Assembly: GCA_965238075.1 (NCBI GenBank)
Contig: OZ250173.1
Coordinates: 2,400,001 to 2,464,000 of the forward strand
Reading direction: 5' to 3'
Length of the DNA: 64,000 nt
Source of the DNA: Candidatus Entotheonellaceae bacterium
GTDB lineage: Bacteria; Tectomicrobia; Entotheonellia; Entotheonellales; Entotheonellaceae
Part shown: positions 10,258 to 20,583 of the stretch, one piece after another
Layout: every line of letters begins with the position of its first letter
Position numbering within the stretch: the first letter of the stretch is position 1
The notes under the pieces: generated by a model
The model's database searches: none
Told to the model about the DNA's origin: nothing
Seen by the model: only the letters and a program-made list of their open reading frames with translations
Position numbers and translations under genes: made by a program

Positions 10258-10614
10258 CTATTGCGTTGTTTCTTCCTGAGCCTCAGGCGCGGGTGCGTTC
10301 TCCAAAGCAATCGGAGGCGCGGGCACCGCGGGTTGGCCGGTGGCGGCCGGGGCCTGATCCATAATCACTGAACTCTGGCCGCGGTGGGCGGAAAAATAGG
10401 CCAAGCCCAAAGATGTGACCATGAAGACAGCAGCGGCGACAGTCGTCAGGCGCGACAGGAACGTCGCCGGGCCGCGGCTGCCGAAAATGGTTTGCGATGA
10501 GCTGGCGCCACCGAACGCGGCGCCAATGGACTGGCCTTTGCCGACCTGCAGCAGAACGGTGAGGATGAGAGCCAGGGCCACCAGGACGTGGACCACGATG
10601 AGCAGGATGAACAT
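10258..10614 (-). CDS. secG: Preprotein translocase subunit SecG
   Basis: Two TM helices, VLLQ.GKG..IGAAFGG..SQTIFGS; tpiA-secG-tRNA-Leu synteny. Confidence 0.95.
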   Translation of the reverse strand: MFILLIVVHVLVALALILTVLLQVGKGQSIGAAFGGASSSQTIFGSRGPATFLSRLTTVAAAVFMVTSLGLAYFSAHRGQSSVIMDQAPAATGQPAVPAPPIALENAPAPEAQEETTQ

Positions 10615-10627
10615 GTTATGACAATCC

Positions 10628-11398
10628 TTACGAATAGGTCAGAAGTTGGATGAACGAGTCGACATCAAGGCTTGCGCCGCCTACTAGGGCGCCATCGATA
10701 TCTTCCTCGGCCATCAGAGCGGCGATGCTGTCCGGGTTGACGCTGCCGCCGTACTGAATGCGCACCGCCTCAGCCACCTCGGTTCCCCAGCGTTGCGCCA
10801 GCAAGTCGCGCAGATAGCCATGCGCCTCCTGCGCCTGCTGTGGCGTGGCGCTCACCCCCGTGCCAATGGCCCACAACGGCTCGTAGCCCAAGACGATGCG
10901 GGGCATGACGTCCGCCGAACACGACGCCAAGCTGTTCTGTATTTGCCGCTTGAGTACGTCGAAAGTCTGCCCCGCCTGCCGCTCGTCGAGCGTTTCCCCA
11001 ATGCAGACAATCGGTTGCAGCCCAGCCTGCAACGCGGCGGATACTTTTTTATCAGCCATGGCGTCCGTTTCGCCGAACCCTTGCCGGCGTTCGGAATGGC
11101 CGATGATGACGTGGGAACAGCCGACGTCAACCAGCATGGCAGCAGAAATTTCGCCCGTGTACGCTCCCGCGGGCTCCCAAAACAGGTCCTGTGCGGCCAG
11201 CCGAAACGGTGTCGCGCGCAGGCGGGATCGCAGGGTGGAGAGTGCCGTGAACGGCGCCGCTATGACGGCTTCAATGGTGCCGGGGTCGGGGCACCGATTC
11301 AAGAGATTGTCGGCGAACTGCCCGGCCTCCTTAAGGGTTTTGTTCATCTTCCAATTGGCGGCAATGATGGATTGACGCCCGCTTGGGTTGTTCGGCAT
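10628..11398 (-). CDS. tpiA: Triosephosphate isomerase
   Basis: ANWKMN, GAYTGEIS, IGHSERR, YEPLWAIGTG, YGGSV, DGALVGGASL. Confidence 0.98.
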   Translation of the reverse strand: MPNNPSGRQSIIAANWKMNKTLKEAGQFADNLLNRCPDPGTIEAVIAAPFTALSTLRSRLRATPFRLAAQDLFWEPAGAYTGEISAAMLVDVGCSHVIIGHSERRQGFGETDAMADKKVSAALQAGLQPIVCIGETLDERQAGQTFDVLKRQIQNSLASCSADVMPRIVLGYEPLWAIGTGVSATPQQAQEAHGYLRDLLAQRWGTEVAEAVRIQYGGSVNPDSIAALMAEEDIDGALVGGASLDVDSFIQLLTYS

Positions 11399-11414
11399 CG
11401 CAGAGTCCCCCGTG

Positions 11415-12815
11415 TCAGGCGGCTTTGGCGCCGTGATTGGCGACGTAGTCCACGAGAATATATTCCCCCAAGCTGGTGGGAGAGGCGAAGAAGGCCCGCC
11501 CGCGGTTGACCTTGGTCAGTTCGCTCACAAAACGCTTCATGGGGCCGTTCTCTCCGAGCATGAAGGTGTTGATGGTGATCCCGCGGCGCGTACAGCGTTT
11601 CGCCTCCTTCAGCGTTTCCGTCAAGGTTTGGGGCGATGGCGGGTATTCGAGACAGATGCTGCGGCCGCGCATATGGGCGGTAGGCTCGCCGTCCGTTATC
11701 AGGATGACCTGCTGGTTTCCGGCGCGCTGTTGGTTGAGGAGCCGCCCGGCCACTTGCAGCCCCGCCTGGATGTTGGTGAAGGCCGCCGGAACGCTGGCCC
11801 GCCCGAACGCGGCCTCGGCGGCGTCGACCTGTACGTTTACGAACCCCAGTGGATTGCGGTACATGGTGCGGTAAAAGTGGGGAAAGAAACCCAACGGCTT
11901 GGGAGACAGGGAGGGGATGTCAGCCAATTGCAATTCCTGGGCGTACGTGCAGAACCCGACGACGTGCAACCGGTCACGCGGGAACTGGGTGCGGATCAGG
12001 GCATCGAGGGCCAAGGCAACCCGTTTGGCGGCGGTGAAACGGCCGTAGCGCGCCATCGAGCCGCTCATGTCGAGCAGTAGTACCGTGGTGCAGCGGACGG
12101 CCGACTCGGTCTCGTAGACCTCGAAGTCCTGCGGTGCCAGGCGAATCGATGTCCGCCCATCGGCGCGCTGCGCGGCATTCATGATCGTCCGTCCCAGGTT
12201 GATCGCAAAAGCATCTCCAAACTGATAGGGCCGACTGTCTTCCAACCGTTCGCCGCCTACCCCGTTCCGTCGTATGGCATGCCCGCCGAACGAGCCGCGC
12301 CGCAGGGAGGAAAAGACATCCAGCATGGCGCGTTGGGCAATGCGGCGAATGCCTTGCACCGTCAGCTCGAGCCGAGTTCCGTTGCGATCTACGTACCGCT
12401 CCAGGCCTTTGGTCAGTTCCTTGAATACACACACTTGACGCCGCGCTTCATTTCCCATTATCTTTCTAACCAGATCATCGTCGATGGTATCCGCATCGCT
12501 GCCCCAGAAAACGCTATCCAGCATCCTGTCAAGTCTATCCATTTCCATGAGCCACCAGTCCCGCGCCATGTCCTTTGAGTCGTACTCAGCCTGTGCCTGT
12601 TGCCGCATGTCGAACAGTCGGTCGCGGATGTCCCGCAAGCCCGGAACGAAGCGGCCTCGTCGGTCGGTAAAACCCTGCTGCATCAGAAGCCGTAGGGCCT
12701 TCCGCAGATCGCCGTGTTCAATGATTGAGTCGGCGATGCCATCAAGCACGTCTTCGGGGTCGGGGTGGAAACAACCGAGAGAGGTATTCCAGGCGGAGTA
12801 GCGATAGCGCCGCAT
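11415..12815 (-). CDS. VWA-domain protein (type usually partnered with a chelatase-like AAA ATPase)
   Basis: MIDAS motif DMSGSM, TNIQAGL, LITDGEPTAH; N-terminal RYRYS.W and C-terminal LGEYILVDY. Confidence 0.8.
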   Translation of the reverse strand: MRRYRYSAWNTSLGCFHPDPEDVLDGIADSIIEHGDLRKALRLLMQQGFTDRRGRFVPGLRDIRDRLFDMRQQAQAEYDSKDMARDWWLMEMDRLDRMLDSVFWGSDADTIDDDLVRKIMGNEARRQVCVFKELTKGLERYVDRNGTRLELTVQGIRRIAQRAMLDVFSSLRRGSFGGHAIRRNGVGGERLEDSRPYQFGDAFAINLGRTIMNAAQRADGRTSIRLAPQDFEVYETESAVRCTTVLLLDMSGSMARYGRFTAAKRVALALDALIRTQFPRDRLHVVGFCTYAQELQLADIPSLSPKPLGFFPHFYRTMYRNPLGFVNVQVDAAEAAFGRASVPAAFTNIQAGLQVAGRLLNQQRAGNQQVILITDGEPTAHMRGRSICLEYPPSPQTLTETLKEAKRCTRRGITINTFMLGENGPMKRFVSELTKVNRGRAFFASPTSLGEYILVDYVANHGAKAA

Positions 12816-13039
12816 GCTGCTGGGGCACCTTTAGGCCAAGACCGTACACCAGAGTGAGGTTCTTCGTGTTAACCGGACGCGCATTTTGGCCGTTGCACCT
12901 GCCGAAGTCAACCTGCGGCCCGATTCTGGCGTCATCGACACGAATTCGCTAAAGTTTTCTAGGCGTTTGAGTTGACAGGTTTTATATTATTTTGGGTTTG
13001 TCGTTCCTGCCCTTGTAGCCGTTACATGGAGAACGTGAG

Positions 13040-13339
13040 ATGAAAAGTGCCCTTGAATTGGCGATGCAAAAGGTGAACGCGCGCCAGGATCGGGCGCCTG
13101 TGGCGTCGTTGACGGAGGACCAGCGTCGTGAGATTGGTGAGTTGCGTAAGCAGTGCGCGGCAAAGATCGCCGAAAAAGAGATCATGATGCAGGCTGAGAT
13201 ACGCCGCTTGGTGCGTGAACGACCACCGCAGGAAGCCGTAGCAAAGGTTTACGAGCTTCAGACCCAGTTCCAGGAGAGCAAGAAGGTGCTCCAGGAGAAG
13301 TTGGAGGCTAAGGTCTCGGCGCTCCGAGACGCGTCATAG
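13040..13339 (+). CDS. Conserved-looking helical hypothetical protein
   Basis: MKSALELAM start, coiled-coil composition, GGAGA RBS, first gene of a + strand run. Confidence 0.7.
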   Translation: MKSALELAMQKVNARQDRAPVASLTEDQRREIGELRKQCAAKIAEKEIMMQAEIRRLVRERPPQEAVAKVYELQTQFQESKKVLQEKLEAKVSALRDAS

Positions 13340-13349
13340 GAGGGAAGAC

Positions 13350-15458
13350 TTGGCAGAGCAACAACCTTCAGGACCAAAGCGGCGTTGGGTTTGGTGGATG
13401 TTTGCTTGTCTGGCAGTGTCAGTCTGTTTGTCGCCTATCGGCTTGCATGCGGCTCAGGGGCGGCAAGCCGACACGCTGTTTCCGCTACCCAAGTCGCTGA
13501 AGCCCAGCGTGGATTTCTGGATATACGCTTTCGCCAGGCTGGAGGGCGGCACGGGTTTGCTGCATGATTCCCGTGATCTGAGCATCATCTATCAGAAGTT
13601 GAACAAGTTGCCGCGTGGCAAGGAACGTCGCAGGAGCCTGATCAAGCGGACACGTAATTATTACAAAGGCATTCTGGAACGGCTGGCGCGCGGTAAGCGC
13701 CAAGGGTTGACCCGTGACGAGCGGCGTGTCCTGTCGATGTTTCGGGGCAAGCAGACCGCGGCAGCGTTTCGTAGGGCAGCCCAGCAGGTGCGTTTTCAGG
13801 GTGGCGTGCGGGAAGCGTTCATGGAGGGCTTGGTGCGTTCGGGGGCGTATTTGCCGATGATGGAGTCGATTTTTGAACGCGCGGGTCTGCCGAAAGAACT
13901 GACCTTGCTGCCTCACGTCGAGTCGTCCTTTCGCAATGATGCGCGTTCCAAGGCCGGTGCCGCGGGCATTTGGCAGTTCATGCCGTCCACAGGCCGCCGG
14001 TTTCTGAGGGTCAACAAGAGAGTCGATGAACGCCACGACGTGCGGCTGGCGACCATTGCGGCCACCAAACTGTTGAAGGAGAATTACAGCCTTCTGGGCA
14101 CTTGGCCCCTGGCGATCACGGCCTACAATCACGGCGCCTGGGGCATGAAGAAGGCGGTGGCGAAGACAGGCACGAAGGACATTGGCAAAATTGTGCAGCG
14201 TTACCGTGGACGCGCGTTCGGCTTCGCATCGCGAAATTTCTACGCCGAGTTTCTTGCCGCGGTTCACATAGCGAAGCATTATAAAGCGTACTTCGGTAAC
14301 ATCCGATTCGCCGAGCCTCCGACAAAGACCGTTCGGCCGCAGCATTACCGGGTGCAGCGGGGAGATTCACTGCGGCGGATCGCCAAGCGTTTCGATACGA
14401 CTGTCAGCGCCTTGGCGGCCTTGAATAATCTGGAGCGACTGCACCTGATCCAGATTGGCCAGATATTACGTATCCCGGTAGAACATGATCGTTACCGGGT
14501 ACGTCGCGGCGATACCCTGGGGCGCATTGCCAAACGCTTTGGCACCACCGTCGACACACTGGTCGCCATGAACAACATGGACCAGGCACATTTCATCAAG
14601 CCGGGTCGGGTCCTGCTCGTGCCGGCTGGACAAACGGCAGCGTCGCCAGCCGTTCACGAGCCGGTGCAACCGCAGACACCGCAGCACTATCGGGTACGTC
14701 GCGGCGATACCCTGGGGCGCATTGCCAAACGCTTTGGCACCACCGTCGACACACTGGTCGCCATGAACAACATGGACCAGGCACATTTCATCAAGCCGGG
14801 TCAGGCCTTGCTCGTGCCGGTTGGACAAACGGCAGCGTCGCCAGCCGTTCACGAGCCGGTGCAACCGCAGACGCCGCAGCACTATCGGATACATCGCGGC
14901 GATACCCTGGGGCGTATTGCCAAACGCTTTGGCACCACCGTCGACGCACTGGTCGCCATGAACAACATGGACCAGGCGCATTTCATCAAGCCGGGTCAGG
15001 TCCTGCTCGTGCCGGGCGGACAAACGGCAGCGTTGCCAGCCGTTCACGAGCCAGTGCAGCCGCAGAGGCCGCAGCGCTACCGAGTGCGGCCCGGTGATTC
15101 TCTGAGCGTCATCGCGGCGAGCTTCAACACCACCGTAGCGACGCTGGCGATGGTGAACGGATTGTCCAAGCCCTACCTCATCAAGCCGGGGCAGGTCCTC
15201 GACGTGGCGCAACCGATGCCGCTGCAGCGCTACCGGGTGAGACGAGGCGACACGCTTGGGCGGGTGGCGAAGCGTTTCCGTACCACCGTGGCGATGTTGG
15301 CGGCGCTCAATGGTCTGCGGAAGCCCTATTTGATCAAGGCTGGTCAGACCCTCGTCATCCCGCAACTCCGTTCTCAGACTTCGGACGACGGCACCGTCAC
15401 CGGGATGCGTTTTCCCGGTGAAGACTTGCGGGCAGGTCTTTGGGTGGCCGCGGCATGA
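13350..15458 (+). CDS. MltD-like lytic transglycosylase with six LysM domains
   Basis: Signal/TM segment; SLT motifs LPHVESSF, AAGIWQFM, AITAYNHG; six YRV..GD.L..IA.RF LysM units. Confidence 0.93.
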   Translation: MAEQQPSGPKRRWVWWMFACLAVSVCLSPIGLHAAQGRQADTLFPLPKSLKPSVDFWIYAFARLEGGTGLLHDSRDLSIIYQKLNKLPRGKERRRSLIKRTRNYYKGILERLARGKRQGLTRDERRVLSMFRGKQTAAAFRRAAQQVRFQGGVREAFMEGLVRSGAYLPMMESIFERAGLPKELTLLPHVESSFRNDARSKAGAAGIWQFMPSTGRRFLRVNKRVDERHDVRLATIAATKLLKENYSLLGTWPLAITAYNHGAWGMKKAVAKTGTKDIGKIVQRYRGRAFGFASRNFYAEFLAAVHIAKHYKAYFGNIRFAEPPTKTVRPQHYRVQRGDSLRRIAKRFDTTVSALAALNNLERLHLIQIGQILRIPVEHDRYRVRRGDTLGRIAKRFGTTVDTLVAMNNMDQAHFIKPGRVLLVPAGQTAASPAVHEPVQPQTPQHYRVRRGDTLGRIAKRFGTTVDTLVAMNNMDQAHFIKPGQALLVPVGQTAASPAVHEPVQPQTPQHYRIHRGDTLGRIAKRFGTTVDALVAMNNMDQAHFIKPGQVLLVPGGQTAALPAVHEPVQPQRPQRYRVRPGDSLSVIAASFNTTVATLAMVNGLSKPYLIKPGQVLDVAQPMPLQRYRVRRGDTLGRVAKRFRTTVAMLAALNGLRKPYLIKAGQTLVIPQLRSQTSDDGTVTGMRFPGEDLRAGLWVAAA
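14496..15080 (+). repeat. Three near-identical 195-bp tandem units (LysM plus Pro/Gln linker)
   Basis: Units begin at 14496, 14691 and 14886 (cgggtacgtcgcggcgataccctggggcg...), with only scattered substitutions. Confidence 0.95.
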
Positions 15459-16486
15459 CGGCGGTACTCGATCCGCCGAGCCGACAGTGGGGTGTGAGTT
15501 ATTTCGGGGTCCGAAATCCGCAGCATTTTCAACGGGATCTCGACGATATTGCCTGCCTCGGTTTTACCTACATCGTCTTTACCTTCTCCGAAAACGACCA
15601 TCGGTTTTACCAAGGCAGCGTAGCCGATTGCGTGCGGCTGACCCAAGAGCGGGGTCTGCAAGCTTACGTTGATCCGTGGGGCGTGGGCGGCATGTTCGGT
15701 GGCGAGGCGTTCACGGAGCGCGGCGCATGGGACCTCGAGGGCCAGCAGCGCCGCAGCGATGGCCGATCCTTGCCGCTTCTGTGCCCCAATTCGGACGAAG
15801 CGAGAACATATCTTGTCCGGTGGATCGACACGGTGGCGACCGTTTTGCAGGCCGATGCCATTTTCTGGGATGAGCCGCATTTTTATCTGCCGTTTGGCGA
15901 GGCGCGTGCGCAAGGTCTGTGGGGCTGCTGCTGCACGCGCTGCAAAGAGCGCTTCACGTCTGCTTATGGCAAGCCATTTCCCTGCACGGAAACACCTGAC
16001 GTTCGGCACGCCAAGCAGGCAGCCATCGCCGACCTTCTCGGCGACATGACGACGGAGGCCGGCGAGAAGGGCTTGCGTAACATCGTTTGCCTGCTTACCG
16101 ACCCCGATACCCTGGATGATCTGGAAAAAAAATGGGAACCGTACGCGGTCATGGCTCATATCGACGTGTTAGCGGCTGACCCGTATCCGTTTTTCTATGG
16201 CCGTGACATCGCCACGACACGGGTGTTTTGCGAGGCGCTGCAGCGCCTCGGCAAACGTTACGGCAAAGCGACCCAGATGTGGGTGCAAGGTTTTCGCGTG
16301 CCGCAGGATGCGGCGCCTTTGCTGGGACAGGAGATGTGCCTGATGGCAGCGTGCGGCATGCGTGATATTGCCATGTGGAGCTATCTGGCAACCGCCTACA
16401 TGGCGTCCCACGCCTGTGCCCAGCCCGAGCAGGTGTGGCAGGTGTTCACGCAGACGATGGCCGAACTGAGCGCTGGAGAGGAATAA
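15455..16486 (+). CDS. Putative glycoside hydrolase-like TIM-barrel protein
   Basis: IFWDEPH, LCPN, CCCTRC, DPYPF, MWVQGF; ATGA overlap with the upstream gene. Confidence 0.6.
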   Translation: MTAVLDPPSRQWGVSYFGVRNPQHFQRDLDDIACLGFTYIVFTFSENDHRFYQGSVADCVRLTQERGLQAYVDPWGVGGMFGGEAFTERGAWDLEGQQRRSDGRSLPLLCPNSDEARTYLVRWIDTVATVLQADAIFWDEPHFYLPFGEARAQGLWGCCCTRCKERFTSAYGKPFPCTETPDVRHAKQAAIADLLGDMTTEAGEKGLRNIVCLLTDPDTLDDLEKKWEPYAVMAHIDVLAADPYPFFYGRDIATTRVFCEALQRLGKRYGKATQMWVQGFRVPQDAAPLLGQEMCLMAACGMRDIAMWSYLATAYMASHACAQPEQVWQVFTQTMAELSAGEE

Positions 16487-16489
16487 ACG

Positions 16490-17851
16490 ATGCGAGCAGA
16501 ACCGAATCCAGCCTCGGACGGCACGCCTTATCGCGCCTGGTTTCAGTGCATTGCGGGCTGTTCCGAGCAATACAGCCTGAAGGACATCATCTACCGGTGC
16601 CCACGCTGCGGCAACCTCCTGGAGGTGCGCCACGACCTGGACCGCTTGCGGCAGAGCACCCCGGACGACTGGAAAAAACTCTTCGATAAGCGGTATTTGC
16701 GGACCCAGTGGCCCTACGGCAGCGGTGTCTGGGGCAAACGCGAATGGGTCTGTCCGGGCGTTGCGGATGCCAACGTCGTGTCTGCCTTCGAGGGTGGCAC
16801 CAACCTATTCTGGGCCGAGCGACTGGGTAAGCAGATCGGCGTGCCTGAACTGTGGATCAAGCAGTGCGGCAACAGCCATACCGGGTCGTTCAAGGACTTG
16901 GGCATGACGGTGTTGGTGTCGATGGTGCAGCAGATGATCGCGGAGGGCAAAGACATACCGGCGGTGGCGTGCGCCTCAACCGGCGATACCTCCGCGTCGC
17001 TGGCTGCCTACTGCGCCGTCGCCGGTCTGCAGGCCATCGTTTTCCTGCCCAAGGGCAAGGTATCCAACGCCCAGCTGATTCAACCCATCGCTCACGGCGC
17101 CTTGACGCTGTCGCTGGATACGGATTTCGACGGCTGCATGGCTCTCGTTCAGGAAGTCTGTTCCCGCCATAACATCTACCTCGCCAATTCGATGAATTCC
17201 TTGCGTATCGAGGGGCAAAAGACCATTAGCATCGAGCTTGTGCAGCAGTTTGACTGGGAGGTGCCGGATTGGGTGATCATCCCGGGCGGCAATCTCGGCA
17301 ACGTGAGCGCCTTGGGGAAAGGCTTCATGATGATGCGCGAGTTGGGATTGATCTCGAAACTGCCGCGCATCGCCTGCGCCCAGGCGCAGCGTGCCAACCC
17401 GCTGTATCTGAGCTATTTGAAGGGATTTGAAGACTTTCAGCCGATGCAAGCGCAGCCGACGCTGGCGAGCGCCATTCAGATCGGTCATCCGGTGAGCGTG
17501 CAGAAGGCTATCGCTACGTTGCAGGCATTCAACGGCGTGGTGGAACAAGCGACCGAAGACGAGTTGGCCAATGCGTCGGCGCGGTCGGACCGCACGGGGT
17601 TATTCAATTGCCCTCACACCGGCGTGGCGTTGGCCGCCCTGTTCAAACTTGTGGAGAAAGGCTACATCAATAAGGGCGACCGGGTCGTAGTCATTTCCAC
17701 GGCCAACGGTCTGAAATTTCCCGAATTCAAGATTCGCTACCATGAATCCCGCCTTGCCGACGTAACCCCCCATCACGCCAACCTGCCTGTGGACCTCCCG
17801 GCTACGTACGACGCGGTACGGGAGGCGATTATGCGGACGTTCGAGCGTTAA
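16490..17851 (+). CDS. thrC: Threonine synthase
   Basis: HTGSFKDLG (PLP lysine), [36 protein letters not shown]. Confidence 0.95.
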   Translation: MRAEPNPASDGTPYRAWFQCIAGCSEQYSLKDIIYRCPRCGNLLEVRHDLDRLRQSTPDDWKKLFDKRYLRTQWPYGSGVWGKREWVCPGVADANVVSAFEGGTNLFWAERLGKQIGVPELWIKQCGNSHTGSFKDLGMTVLVSMVQQMIAEGKDIPAVACASTGDTSASLAAYCAVAGLQAIVFLPKGKVSNAQLIQPIAHGALTLSLDTDFDGCMALVQEVCSRHNIYLANSMNSLRIEGQKTISIELVQQFDWEVPDWVIIPGGNLGNVSALGKGFMMMRELGLISKLPRIACAQAQRANPLYLSYLKGFEDFQPMQAQPTLASAIQIGHPVSVQKAIATLQAFNGVVEQATEDELANASARSDRTGLFNCPHTGVALAALFKLVEKGYINKGDRVVVISTANGLKFPEFKIRYHESRLADVTPHHANLPVDLPATYDAVREAIMRTFER

Positions 17852-17865
17852 ACCGCACAACTCCG

Positions 17866-19185
17866 TCAGGACTGGTAGTACTCGATGCCCAAGTGGGTGA
17901 TCTGATCCTCGTCCCGCAGGTAGCGCAGGGTGTTCTTCAGCTTGGTGAGCTGGATGAACAAATCGTGCTCTGGGTATAGGAACGAGGCGCACATGGGGCT
18001 TTTGAAATAGAAGGAGAGCCATTCCTGAATGCCGCTGAGCTGGCTGCGCTGAGCGAGGTCCATGAATAGCACCAGGTCGAGCATCAACGGCGCCGCCAGG
18101 ATGCTGTCGCGGCACAGGAAATTGATCTTGATCTGCATGGGGTAATCGAGCCAGCCGAAGATATCCACATTGTCCCAGCCTTCCTTGTTATCGCCGCGCG
18201 GCTTGTAATAGTGGATATGTACTTGGTGCTCGTAATCGCCGTAAAGATCCTCGTTGAGTTCCGGCTGCAGGATGTATTCCAGAACCGACAGCTTGCTGTA
18301 TTCCTTGGTGCGGAAGGACGACGGGTCATGCAGCACGTCGCCGTCCCGGTTGCCTAGGATGTTGCTCGAAAACCAGCCGTGCAGGCCTAGTTGACGTGCT
18401 TTGAGTGCGGGTGCAAGGATGGTTTTCATGAGCGTCTGGCCGGTTTTGAAATCCTTGCCGCACACGGGTACACGCCGGTCGTCAGCTAACTCCAGCAGCG
18501 CCGGAATATCGACGGTCAGATTCGGCGCGCCATTGCCGAAGGGCACGCCAGACATCAGCGAAGCGTAGGCGTAGATCATGCTGGGCGCAATGGCCGGGTG
18601 GTCATTCTTGAGGCCGTCCTCGAAGTTGCGCAGCGTCTTGTGGACCTCATCCAATTCCATAAACACTTCGGTGCTGCCGCACCACAGCATCACCATGCGG
18701 GTGGTGCCGTGGCGGCCCGAGAAGGTTTCGATGTCTTCCATCAACTGCATCGCCAAGTCGTATTTATTCTTCCCCGTTTTGACGTGCGGACCGGATAAGC
18801 GCCGCACGTAATTCTGATCGAAAACGGCCTTCCACGGCCGTAGTTCCTGCAGTTCTGTTCGCACGGCTTCCAGGCGCGACGGCTCGATGACGCCGGCATG
18901 CATGGCGGCGTCATAGGCGTTTTCGGCGAAGAGGTCCCAACAGCCGAAGACGAGTTCGTCCAGGCCGGCCAGAGGAACGAAATCTTTGATCAGGGGGCTG
19001 TTATTTTCGGTGCGTTTCCCGAGGCGGATGGTTCCGTACTGCGTCAGCGAGCCGATGGGCCGGCCCAGGCCCTTCTTAATCAACTCGATACCCGCGATCA
19101 AGGTCGTACTCACGGCACCGAGGCCCGGAAGCAAAACGCCGAGCTTGCCCCGAGCTGGTGCGATGGCCACCTGCGACTGCTCCAT
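17866..19185 (-). CDS. ino1: myo-Inositol-1-phosphate synthase
   Basis: GLGAVSTT, GKDFKTGQT, NILGNRDG, RGDNKEGWD, CRDSILAAP, LSFYFKSP. Confidence 0.95.
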   Translation of the reverse strand: MEQSQVAIAPARGKLGVLLPGLGAVSTTLIAGIELIKKGLGRPIGSLTQYGTIRLGKRTENNSPLIKDFVPLAGLDELVFGCWDLFAENAYDAAMHAGVIEPSRLEAVRTELQELRPWKAVFDQNYVRRLSGPHVKTGKNKYDLAMQLMEDIETFSGRHGTTRMVMLWCGSTEVFMELDEVHKTLRNFEDGLKNDHPAIAPSMIYAYASLMSGVPFGNGAPNLTVDIPALLELADDRRVPVCGKDFKTGQTLMKTILAPALKARQLGLHGWFSSNILGNRDGDVLHDPSSFRTKEYSKLSVLEYILQPELNEDLYGDYEHQVHIHYYKPRGDNKEGWDNVDIFGWLDYPMQIKINFLCRDSILAAPLMLDLVLFMDLAQRSQLSGIQEWLSFYFKSPMCASFLYPEHDLFIQLTKLKNTLRYLRDEDQITHLGIEYYQS

Positions 19186-19416
19186 AATGGATTGTCTCCT
19201 TTTGTCTGCCGTCTTGGAAGTCGGGTTGTAAATTCGGGGAAATGTGCGTTGCGATACACCTGAGATGCAGGAGCGCTATCAGACGCTATTTGTTGGCGGA
19301 AGCGTTGATAATAGGCGAATTGCCGCGTGTTTGCAAACCATGCCCGGGGCCGTCCCAGGATGCAGCCGGTTACTCGACGAACCCGTCAGCATACGAAGAA
19401 TTATCGAGGGGGAACT

Positions 19417-20571
19417 ATGGATTTCACGCTGGACGATACCCAACGACAGCTGCAAACGACGATGCGGCGCTTCGTGGACAACGAGGTCATCCCGGTTGCC
19501 AGCGAATACGAGCATGCCGATGCCTACCCCGACCCAATGGTCAAGCAAATGGCGGAGATGGGTCTGTTCGGCTGTATCCTGCCGACCGAATATGGCGGCG
19601 GTGGGCTCGATTACGTGAGCTACGCCATTATCTGCGAGGAACTGTCGCGGGGCTGGATGAGCTTGGCGGGCATCCTCAATTCTCATCTCATGATGGCTTT
19701 GATGACCTGTTGGTATGGCACGGAGGTCCAAAAGCAGACCTATGTGCCGGCTTTCGCAACCGGCGAGCGGCGCGGTGGGCTGATGCTAACCGAAGCGAAT
19801 GCCGGCTCCGACGCCGCCGCCATGCAGACGACCGCCATCCGGCAGGGTGACGTGTACGTCGTCAATGGCAGCAAAATGTTCATAACCAACGCCGAACGCG
19901 GCAACACCTTCATGCTGCTGGCCAAGACCGATCCGACGCGGCAGCCGCAACACCGGGGCATCAGCGCCTTCCTGCTGGATAAGAGCCGTCCCGGTTTTCG
20001 GGTCGGGCGGCGCATCAAAAAGCTGGGCTACAAGGGCCTGCGAACCTGTGAGGTCATTCTGGAGGATTGCCAGATTCCGAGAGATTGCTTGATCGGGGAA
20101 GAAGGCCACGGCTTCCGATACGTGTTGTCGGCGCTTGAGGTCGGACGTATCAACGTCGCCGCCCGCGGCGTCGGCATGGCGCGCGCTGCGTTCGAGGACT
20201 CGATTCGATACGCCCAGCAGCGGGAGCAATTCGGACAACCCATCGCCAATTTCCAGGCCATTCAATTCAAGTTGGCCGACATGGCGACGGCAATCGAGGC
20301 GGCCCGGTTACTGACCTTCCAAGCTGCCGCCAAAAAAGACCGCGGTGAGCGCTGCGACTTGGAAGCTGGAATGGCAAAACTCTTCGCCAGTGAGATGTGC
20401 GAGAAAGCCGCCTCGGAAGGTATTCAGATTCACGGGGGGTACGGCTACACGGAGGAGTTCGCGGTGGAGCGGTACTACCGGGACGCCAAATTGCTCACCG
20501 TCGGTGAGGGCACCAGCGAGGTTCAGCGGCAGGTTATCGCCCGGCGTCTGCTGGAGTTGTATGCTATCTGA
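19417..20571 (+). CDS. Acyl-CoA dehydrogenase
   Basis: LTEANAGSD, NGSKMFITN, REQFGQPI, QIHGGYGY, VGEGTSEVQR. Confidence 0.95.
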   Translation: MDFTLDDTQRQLQTTMRRFVDNEVIPVASEYEHADAYPDPMVKQMAEMGLFGCILPTEYGGGGLDYVSYAIICEELSRGWMSLAGILNSHLMMALMTCWYGTEVQKQTYVPAFATGERRGGLMLTEANAGSDAAAMQTTAIRQGDVYVVNGSKMFITNAERGNTFMLLAKTDPTRQPQHRGISAFLLDKSRPGFRVGRRIKKLGYKGLRTCEVILEDCQIPRDCLIGEEGHGFRYVLSALEVGRINVAARGVGMARAAFEDSIRYAQQREQFGQPIANFQAIQFKLADMATAIEAARLLTFQAAAKKDRGERCDLEAGMAKLFASEMCEKAASEGIQIHGGYGYTEEFAVERYYRDAKLLTVGEGTSEVQRQVIARRLLELYAI

Positions 20572-20583
20572 CTCTATCCGATC

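Noticed and set aside
14496-15080. CRISPR-like or non-coding repeat array
   Set aside because: The repeats are contiguous, in frame and encode LysM domains; there are no spacers or cas genes.
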